Shown piece by piece: positions 9,019 to 14,932 of a stretch of DNA of 14,932 bases (positions are counted from its first letter, which is position 1; each line of letters begins with the position of its first letter). The translations under genes were made by a program, and so were the position numbers. Origin of the DNA: a bacterium (lineage in GTDB: Bacteria; SZUA-182; DTGQ01; JAFGSM01); NCBI GenBank assembly GCA_049472335.1, contig JBLIRO010000104.1:1-14932 (forward strand), read 5' to 3'. The notes below the pieces were generated by a model. It did not search any database. It was not told the origin of the DNA and was given only the letters and a program-made list of their open reading frames with translations.

Positions 9019-9414
9019 CTAGCTCCAAACAACCTCCCCATAATTTTTTTCAAGGCAGTCCGGGCACAAGCTTTCCGTGCATTCAGCCTCTGAGTGTTCA
9101 CTTATATAATCTTCAATTTCGACCCACTCATTTTTAACCAGTATTCTTTTGCAGAATAGACATACAGGTAAAAATCCCTCCAGATTTTTTATCTTTTTCA
9201 GCATCTTGTAAGTATAAATAATTACTGCAATGCACAGGCATAATATAATTGAGCTTTCAAAAATGCTTTCGATTATATTTATCGGAGTGGGCTTTGCCCC
9301 GAATATAAAATGGGGGATATCTAATATTTCATTCAACCACTGAAAAAGTATTATTATCCCGAATCCAAGCAATTCATAGAGAATAACCTTTTTTGACACC
9401 TTCCTTTTAGTCAT
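9019..9414 (-). CDS. Hypothetical membrane protein with C-terminal CxxC...CxxC domain
   Basis: Two hydrophobic segments, then GFLPVCLFCKRI...W..IEDYISEHSEAECTESLCPDC, similar to a Cys-rich tail found on many signalling proteins. SD GGAGG upstream. Confidence 0.7.
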   Translation of the reverse strand: MTKRKVSKKVILYELLGFGIIILFQWLNEILDIPHFIFGAKPTPINIIESIFESSIILCLCIAVIIYTYKMLKKIKNLEGFLPVCLFCKRILVKNEWVEIEDYISEHSEAECTESLCPDCLEKNYGEVVWS

Positions 9415-9514
9415 TTTTTCCCTCCGATACCTTCAACACTCCAGATAAGTATATTAAGAAGGAGCGTCATAATCGTTTTGTAGAAACCGGGCATGTATCT
9501 CTCCTTGTATCCAT

Positions 9515-10261
9515 TTAGTCCTTTTGCATTATAAAAAATTCATACCCGTAAAAGTCCGAATATTTTTTGTAAAAATCTATTTCGTCCTGAAAGGCCTTAA
9601 AAACAGCCAATGCAATTTCGTTACCCTTATATTTCTCATTAAGTCGGGGCAATTCCTTTTCTACTTGCATATAATAACAATTAAACCATGCCGATTCCGG
9701 CAGCGTAAAGTTTGATATGAGATTAAATCCTTCCCTCTGAATTACGTCGATTTTGCCCTTAACACTTTTAATGTCGGAGTACTCATTTTCAAAATATTCA
9801 GTAACAGGAGTTGGTGGATCAGTTGCAATATATACAAGCTCTGTCACGGCTAAATACCCGTTATTTTTTAATAGCCTCCGGCACTCTTTTAAACCATTTT
9901 GAAAGCCCATGATATACAATGCACCTTCCGACCAGATAAGGTCAAAGGTTTTTTCCATAAAATCCATTTCAAGCATTGAAATGTTTTTGGGGGTTATATT
10001 TTCCGCAAGCCCTTCTTTTGCTGCTGTTTCCATTAATTTGTCCAGAAATGCCTGGTGATTGTCCAAAGCAATAATACTTCCGTTAGAAATTTTCGCCAAT
10101 TCAATGGTTTGTACTCCCGGACCACATCCGATGTCCAGAATAAGTGGCTGCTTTGGCAATCTCGGAATTGAATCGAAGGCCCTCCTGGTGAATTCGTTGT
10201 CCCCCGGGCCACATCTTGGCAGTGCCTCGCACAATTCATACAGATATTCGATCCCTTCCAT
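9515..10261 (-). CDS. Class I SAM-dependent methyltransferase
   Basis: Motif I ILDIGCGPG, IIALD, FDLIWSEGA, LLKNNGYL. SD AAGGAG upstream. Confidence 0.9.
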   Translation of the reverse strand: MEGIEYLYELCEALPRCGPGDNEFTRRAFDSIPRLPKQPLILDIGCGPGVQTIELAKISNGSIIALDNHQAFLDKLMETAAKEGLAENITPKNISMLEMDFMEKTFDLIWSEGALYIMGFQNGLKECRRLLKNNGYLAVTELVYIATDPPTPVTEYFENEYSDIKSVKGKIDVIQREGFNLISNFTLPESAWFNCYYMQVEKELPRLNEKYKGNEIALAVFKAFQDEIDFYKKYSDFYGYEFFIMQKD

Positions 10262-10289
10262 GATTCACTCCTTAGCCCTGTTCCGGTTA

Positions 10290-10817
10290 TTATTGACTGA
10301 TATCATCAACTAATTTATAGCGTCTTCTCTTCAGGTATCTGCTGAGTATAATGGAGCTTAAAATAATAAGGGGCAACAGAAATAATCTGCGCCAGATGGC
10401 GAATCCTAATCCCATAAATAAAGCCTCAAAAAGGGTCATAGGTATCCTCACCGCACCGGATGTTCCCACATAGGTAAAGACAACTTCAAGATCCGCACCT
10501 TTTTTAAATAATGTATGAGCGACAGGTAAGGCTACATATATGCCACCCACTGTAAGGCTGGCAAGAAGCATTGCGTATAGATGCGCCTTCAAACCCGAAC
10601 CTTCCCCAAGATGTTTTTCGACCTTCTCTTTTTTAATCCAAACCTCAAAAAGGCCGATCAGAACAAAAGCACAGGGTAATATTTTAATCATGTATATAAT
10701 AAAATCAACAAAATTAGCACCTATCGCCTTCCCCGGTTTGAACCCTAGGAATGCTGAAGCGAGAAGAAAAAGAAAATAGCTGATAATGAAATAAAGGTTG
10801 ATCCTCTTTTTTGTCAT
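10290..10817 (-). CDS. Predicted permease (DUF318/ArsP-like), second gene of a pair
   Basis: Hydrophobic. LIGLFEVWI..EKVEKHLG, GGIYVALPVAHTLFKKGA. ATGA overlap with the upstream paralog. Confidence 0.7.
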   Translation of the reverse strand: MTKKRINLYFIISYFLFLLASAFLGFKPGKAIGANFVDFIIYMIKILPCAFVLIGLFEVWIKKEKVEKHLGEGSGLKAHLYAMLLASLTVGGIYVALPVAHTLFKKGADLEVVFTYVGTSGAVRIPMTLFEALFMGLGFAIWRRLFLLPLIILSSIILSRYLKRRRYKLVDDISQ

Positions 10818-11299
10818 ATGAATAGTTCCTTATATACCATGCCAATCAATATAGCAACTAATAAACTGAGAAGAAAGCAAATAAGATTTCTAATGATGGT
10901 AACCTTTGTCCCGAAATAAGCCTTTTCTACTGGATAGGTTACTATCCCTACCAGCATAAGAGAATTCGAAAATGCGGCCAATACCATATAAGACACCCCT
11001 TTTTTCAATAAAATACCGCAGAGGGGGAATGCAACGAATCCCGGCATTATGGTAACAGATCCAAACAAAAGGGCGATTAAAAGCCCCTTGATTTGCCCGG
11101 CCCCGCCAAGATAACGGATGATAAGCTCTTCTGGTATCAGATAAAGGAGGATTGAAACAAAGATTAGCATAAACATAAAGGCGGAAGAGATAGCCTGAAA
11201 TTTTTTCCAAGCAATTTTAAAGGCCCTGTAGGTTTTAACCCTGTCTTGTGAAAAAGATAATATAACACATGCTGCAGTAAACAGATAAAAATAAATCAT
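10814..11299 (-). CDS. Predicted permease (DUF318/ArsP-like), first gene of a pair
   Basis: Hydrophobic. IPEELIIRYLG, GSVTIMPGFVAFPLCGILLKKG, PVEKAYFG. Confidence 0.7.
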   Translation of the reverse strand: MIYFYLFTAACVILSFSQDRVKTYRAFKIAWKKFQAISSAFMFMLIFVSILLYLIPEELIIRYLGGAGQIKGLLIALLFGSVTIMPGFVAFPLCGILLKKGVSYMVLAAFSNSLMLVGIVTYPVEKAYFGTKVTIIRNLICFLLSLLVAILIGMVYKELFI

Positions 11300-11315
11300 C
11301 GTTTAAATTTTATTT

Positions 11316-11331
11316 CACTAACGTTGCTATT
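11316..11331 (-). other. Collapsed attC remnant (R'' abutting R')
   Basis: Minus strand AATAGCAAC|GTTAGTG lies just after the stop of 11336-11752, with no internal arms. AATAGC is complementary to GCTATT at the start of the same cassette (11782-11787). Confidence 0.55.
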
Positions 11332-11335
11332 CAAT

Positions 11336-11752
11336 CTATAATTCAATATATTCCTTTGGTGCAAGGTTGGTCTCCATTGTCCAAACGAGAGCTTTTCCTT
11401 CACGGAGATAATATGGTGCAAGGATATCATATCCCTCTTTTTCCACTAACGGTTTTAAAAAAGGAAATTTTTCAACCACTTTCTTTTTTACTTCTAATTC
11501 TTCCGTAAGTTCCGCTTTTCCACTGATTCTAACTTGTTTGTTTGCGCTGGCATTATAGAAGCATAGCTCCACGAGTTGATTATTAGATAATTGATTGTAT
11601 AGATCCTTTGGTTTGCCTGTTGTGAACAATATACCATTCTCATTAGCCTCAACTACCATCATTCCCCTGACACGAGGCTGATTCCCATCCTGGGTTGCCA
11701 AAAAAAATACAGGATTTTTGTTGATAAATTCCAATATTTCGTCTTTTGTCAT
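11336..11752 (-). CDS. Pyridoxamine 5'-phosphate oxidase-like FMN-binding protein
   Basis: FFLATQDGNQPRVR, FTTGKPKDLYNQLSNNQLVELCF, QVRISGKA. SD AAAGGAGG. Confidence 0.85.
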   Translation of the reverse strand: MTKDEILEFINKNPVFFLATQDGNQPRVRGMMVVEANENGILFTTGKPKDLYNQLSNNQLVELCFYNASANKQVRISGKAELTEELEVKKKVVEKFPFLKPLVEKEGYDILAPYYLREGKALVWTMETNLAPKEYIEL

Positions 11753-11780
11753 TGTTTTTTCCTCCTTTATTATTTTTTGC

Positions 11781-11841
11781 CAATAGCGCTTTGGTAAAAG
11801 ATGCGACGTAAGGAGCGTCCTAGTTGACCCAATTGTTAAGT
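11781..11841 (-). other. Degenerate integron attC site (about 61 bp)
   Basis: Minus strand ACTTAAC AATTGGGTCAACTAGGAC...ATCTTTTACCAAAGC GCTATTG. R'' overlaps the TAA stop of the upstream gene. The arms pair imperfectly and R' lacks the GTT. Confidence 0.7.
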
Positions 11842-12360
11842 GTTTTTATTTATATATTTTTCTTTTAACTCCTTCTCCACACTATTTACTGGACAATGAA
11901 AATAAATACAACGACTACATTCATATCTTTTTATAGTCATAGCAAAGACAAACCATGACAAAAAGTAGAGCATAAAAAATTCTAATGATTTCAAAAGCCA
12001 ATATAATGGGGAAAAAATAATAATTATAAAACCTAAAATTAACATGGTTATATCAATTTTACTTAATGACACAGGTCTCTTGGGGAAAAATTTAGGAATA
12101 AACCATAGAAACATACATTTTGTTGTTTCAGAATCATTGCAGTAATGAGGGCAGTGTGAACAAAAAAATCTATATTCAAGGATTAAAAAATGGCCAACAA
12201 ATATTAAAATGTAAATAATAGTCCATATTGTTGAATATTTAGAAATTGCAAAACAGGCTAAAAGTAAAGGGATAAGAGCAAATAAATTCCAGTATAACCA
12301 ATCTAATAGAGTATGTTTTTCCTTTAATTTATTCATTTTCCATTTAACGAAAAAGCTCAT
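11836..12360 (-). CDS. Hypothetical membrane protein with two Cys clusters
   Basis: About 4 hydrophobic segments. FCSHCPHYC...KC and ECSRCIYFHCPVN. Confidence 0.75.
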   Translation of the reverse strand: MSFFVKWKMNKLKEKHTLLDWLYWNLFALIPLLLACFAISKYSTIWTIIYILIFVGHFLILEYRFFCSHCPHYCNDSETTKCMFLWFIPKFFPKRPVSLSKIDITMLILGFIIIIFSPLYWLLKSLEFFMLYFLSWFVFAMTIKRYECSRCIYFHCPVNSVEKELKEKYINKNT

Positions 12361-12433
12361 GGGTTCACGTCCGAACTAAAATGTTTGCATGATTCACAGC
12401 CAAGCAAGTGAACTCCCGTGGAGCTCTTTTTTT

Positions 12434-12446
12434 ATCTAATTGGGCT
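12434..12446 (-). other. Collapsed attC remnant after the OsmC-family gene
   Basis: Minus strand AGCCCAA|TTAGAT. AGCCCAA is the exact complement of the cassette start (G)TTGGGCT at 12925-12932. Confidence 0.5.
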
Positions 12447-12463
12447 ATTCTTTCAATATTACT

Positions 12464-12898
12464 TTAGGAAACGATTCTATATTCTGGTATGACTTTAACA
12501 TTATTCTTTATCATTTGCCAAACAGGACAGACTGATTGCTCAGCGAGTTGGATTACCTTTTGCATATCGGCATCCTTTATATCTCTTGAATTCAGTATGA
12601 ATTCTAGATAGATCTTCTCAAACTTAATTGGCGGCTGTTTTCTCCTAATGCCTTTGGCATTCACTTCTAATCCAGATAATGTCTTCCCCATTTTCTTCAA
12701 TAAATAAACAATAGCTGTGGCACTGCAACCGCTGAAGCTCATAAGTAGCAATTCAAGCCCGTTATATCCCTGCCCATCTCCTATTGGAGGTTTATAATCA
12801 AAGGTGATAGGTTTGTCAGGATTGGCATTCGATACTCCGATAAATTTAACCTTCTCATTTATCAACCGAACAACCACTCCCTCTTGCAGTTCAGACAT
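12464..12898 (-). CDS. OsmC/Ohr-family protein
   Basis: GDGQGYNGLELLLMSFSGC...SVCPVWQM (two conserved Cys). SD AAAGGAG. Confidence 0.85.
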   Translation of the reverse strand: MSELQEGVVVRLINEKVKFIGVSNANPDKPITFDYKPPIGDGQGYNGLELLLMSFSGCSATAIVYLLKKMGKTLSGLEVNAKGIRRKQPPIKFEKIYLEFILNSRDIKDADMQKVIQLAEQSVCPVWQMIKNNVKVIPEYRIVS

Positions 12899-12925
12899 CG
12901 TATCGCTCCTTTAACATTGCCTCAA

Positions 12926-13021
12926 GCCCAACGGGACGCTCAGCCGCCATGCGCCACTTCAAAGCCGCCCTTGCAATTTCACGGCGGCGAGTAGCGTGGT
13001 CGGCTAGAGCAAGGGTTATAT
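12926..13021 (-). other. Integron attC site (96 bp), apparently intact
   Basis: Minus strand R'' ATATAAC. Arm GCTC(T)AGCCG(A)CCA pairs with TGG CGGCT GAGC, leaving two unpaired bases. Inner stem GCCGCC/GGCGGC. R' GTTGGGC. Confidence 0.9.
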
Positions 13022-13059
13022 TTTAAAATATATTAGTTATTAATACTTCACAAAATATT

Positions 13060-13248
13060 TTATTTTTTATAAGGTTTGTAACTTCCTTTTTTGCATACAG
13101 GACATTGTCTGCTTAATGATGGGATAATTTCTGGATGTGGCCCTTTTTTATTTCCGGGACAGCCACTAGCTCCGCCATGACGGATATCTCCACAATTATC
13201 ACATTTGAAAATGGGCCTATTTCTCACGCTACAAGCTGGACATTCCAT
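13060..13248 (-). CDS. Small Cys-rich (zinc-ribbon-like) hypothetical protein, cassette-borne
   Basis: 62 aa with CPAC, CDNC, CPVC. SD GGGAGG upstream. Only ORF between two attC sites. Confidence 0.7.
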   Translation of the reverse strand: MECPACSVRNRPIFKCDNCGDIRHGGASGCPGNKKGPHPEIIPSLSRQCPVCKKGSYKPYKK

Positions 13249-13330
13249 TAAAAAATCCTCCCATTTCTATAAAATATTTTCACTGCAAAGATTTGTAGAT
13301 AGTTGGAAACCATATTCAATTTGAAATAAA

Positions 13331-13413
13331 ATATAATGTATGTTTCGCTTGGCATCACCGGCATGGATGAAGCCGCAGCGGAATCCACGTCCGCGTGCAT
13401 GCCATTGTTATCT
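13331..13413 (-). other. Integron attC site with a 9-bp insertion in R'
   Basis: Minus strand R'' AGATAAC. GGCAT(G)CAC(G)CGG(A)CGTGGAT pairs with ATCCATG CCG GTG ATGCC, leaving three unpaired bases. It ends AAGCG-aaacataca-TTATAT instead of G|TTATAT. Confidence 0.8.
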
Positions 13414-13728
13414 GATGTTATGATTGTATAAATTTTTTAAATTCACCTCTATTTATCTTTGCTTTTTAAGAGGTTTAATCAGATTTTTTTCATAATTTTC
13501 ATCTAATATTAAAAGTGCATTTCTAGCTGATCCAGCATCATGAAAGTGTTTTCTCCCACCAGAAAATATTTTCTTCTCTAATTCATTCAAAGCTGTTTGT
13601 GCAATATTAATTCTTTCATCAAGTTGGAAAATTGTTTTGTATCCTCAACGATTTAACTCTTCTGAGAGTAATGATATTGTTTCAAGAGGTGCATGTTTTC
13701 TCTTTGGAAATTTCTTCAAAAGGTAGGC
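13408..13728 (-). pseudogene. 3' remnant of a cassette gene (5' end lost, two in-frame stops)
   Basis: One frame reads AYLLKKFPKRKHAPLETISLLSEELNR*GYKTIFQLDERINIAQ...HFHDAGSARNALLILDENYEKNLIKPLKKQR*IEVNLKNLYNHNIR*. The last TAA (13408-13410) lies inside R'' of the attC. Confidence 0.6.
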
Positions 13729-13791
13729 AAATCCCAATTTTTTAAGGGCCTTGATTAGGTGCTGTCCTGTTATGGCAGGGAAATTACTCAT
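13729..13791 (-). pseudogene. hicA: Truncated HicA toxin (first 21 codons only)
   Basis: ATGA overlap with hicB. MSNFPAITGQHLIKALKKLGF is a HicA N-terminus, but the GSH catalytic motif is missing and unrelated sequence follows. The chimeric ORF stops at 13645. Confidence 0.8.
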
Positions 13792-13997
13792 ACACCGATT
13801 GCCACACGCTGAACTCCGATGAATTCAGTAACTGTGGGATCCTCTACTTCTAAACAAAGTTCAATAGCTTCCTTAATTCTTTTCATCAATACATCGAGGG
13901 ATTTAGCCTGTGTATGGCAGCCTTTCAGAGTTGGAACCGAAGCAACAAAGTAACCATCCTCGTCTTTTTCAATTATTACACTGAATTCTCTCTTCAT
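13788..13997 (-). CDS. hicB: HicB-family antitoxin (short form, 69 aa)
   Basis: FSVIIEKDEDGYFVASVPTLKGCHTQAKSLDVLMKRIKEAIELCLE. Start placed at MKREF (13997), 9 nt after GGAGG. Confidence 0.9.
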   Translation of the reverse strand: MKREFSVIIEKDEDGYFVASVPTLKGCHTQAKSLDVLMKRIKEAIELCLEVEDPTVTEFIGVQRVAIGV

Positions 13998-14059
13998 TTC
14001 CATAATCCTCCATTCCCTAATAATATCATAGAGAAAGAATGTCTTCATCTTCTATTTAA

Positions 14060-14077
14060 TACGAACTCTTATTAGAC
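14060..14077 (-). other. Candidate attI-like site at the head of the cassette array
   Basis: Minus strand GTCTAAT-AAGA-GTTCGTA: L-like box, short spacer and GTT core, just upstream of the first cassette gene. attI sites are poorly conserved, so this rests on position and pattern. Confidence 0.35.
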
Positions 14078-14711
14078 GAAGTTCGTTTTTTCAGGTTCAA
14101 TTAAATTTATCTTATTAATGTGTCGAATAAAATATTTTTTTAAATTAAAAAATATAACCCTAATTCTAACTTATACTTAGAAAAAGTCAATATGTAATAC
14201 CTTTTCAATTCATTTACTTATAGTGAAAATAAGGGCTGAGTACTATGTAAAGTTTTCTATGCAAATTATATTAATCTATAAAATTGGTATTCTAAGCTTA
14301 TAGAATATGGAAGGTAATGAATTTTATGAATTTCTTAGATTAAACAATAAATGTGCTGTAAATAAGATATTGGATATTTACCATTATTTATTGGAATGAT
14401 ATGCAAAGTTAATACGAATAGCAAATTCGATTTGTATTTTTTATGGACAATAAAATAGTAACCATGTACGGATTTTTATATCAGGAGAGCAGTTTTTTGG
14501 GGGATTTTATTAAGTGAAAAGGATATAGGGAACTTTTGGATTTAAGAAGGATTTATTGATAATCATGTAATTGGAGACTGGAAGGTTAAACTGGCAGACA
14601 GGGTAATAAATACCTCTCTGAGTAATTACCCCGACAGGGATGTTTTAATTAGTTAACGAGATATTTCAATGAGTTATCAAGAAGAAAATGAAAAATATAA
14701 TATCGATTAAC

Positions 14712-14932
14712 TCACATATTTCTATTCCTCTGTCTGAATCTCGATGCAATCTTTTCGACGGCATTATAGATTTCATCCGGGGTAAAGGGCTTGGGTATGA
14801 AGTCGACGGCGCCCAGTTTCATGGCTTCCACGGCCGTTTTTACAGTTGCGTAACCGGTGATAACGATGATAGCTGTATCGGGGTATTTATTGCTTATGGT
14901 TGAGAGTAATTCGAGTCCGGGCAACCCCGGCA
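14712..14932 (-). CDS. Response-regulator receiver domain protein, 5'-partial
   Basis: PGLPGLELL...IIVITGYATVKTAVEAMKLGAVDFIPKPF (conserved T and K of REC domains). Runs off the window edge. Confidence 0.88.
   Translation of the reverse strand, partial: PGLPGLELLSTISNKYPDTAIIVITGYATVKTAVEAMKLGAVDFIPKPFTPDEIYNAVEKIASRFRQRNRNM

Larger units (their letters stand above)
9019..14077 (-). mobile_element. Decaying integron gene-cassette array without an integrase in the window (CALIN-like)
   Basis: Co-oriented, functionally unrelated, AT-rich genes separated by attC sites or remnants. Well supported from about 11300 to 13800. The extent below about 10290 is uncertain. Confidence 0.75.

Noticed and set aside
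12926..13413. Rho-independent terminators or ncRNAs as the explanation for the GC-rich hairpins
   Set aside because: No U-tract directly after the stems. The AAC/GTT core boxes and unpaired-base pattern fit attC better.
13645..13647. Second selenocysteine codon
   Set aside because: No redox-motif context, no evident SECIS-like hairpin, and a TAA also interrupts the frame. Better explained as decay.
14688..14903. 71-aa plus-strand ORF
   Set aside because: Antisense shadow of the receiver-domain gene, with no integrase motifs.

Overview
The window has three blocks. (1) 1-1813 (+): a type II toxin-antitoxin cluster (DUF4258/YgiT-type zinc finger, MNT/HEPN, VapB/VapC). The HEPN gene is frameshifted and vapC is internally deleted. 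(2) 1995-8945 (+): a more GC-rich operon with a NuoE/HydC-like subunit, a 1039-aa NuoF/HydB-GltD/NfnB fusion, a formate dehydrogenase alpha subunit and a coupled stand-alone cNMP-binding protein. The ORF track splits the FDH gene at an in-frame TGA (6838-6840); it is a selenoprotein with a SECIS hairpin, giving one 895-aa CDS at 5800-8487. (3) about 9019-14077 (-): co-oriented, unrelated small genes that form a decaying integron cassette array. It has one intact-looking attC, two degenerate attCs, two collapsed R''/R' junctions, a candidate attI and a truncated hicBA at the head, with no integrase in the window. A partial response-regulator receiver gene lies at the right edge. The gene content suggests an anaerobic bacterium, possibly Desulfobacterota-like (inference only).
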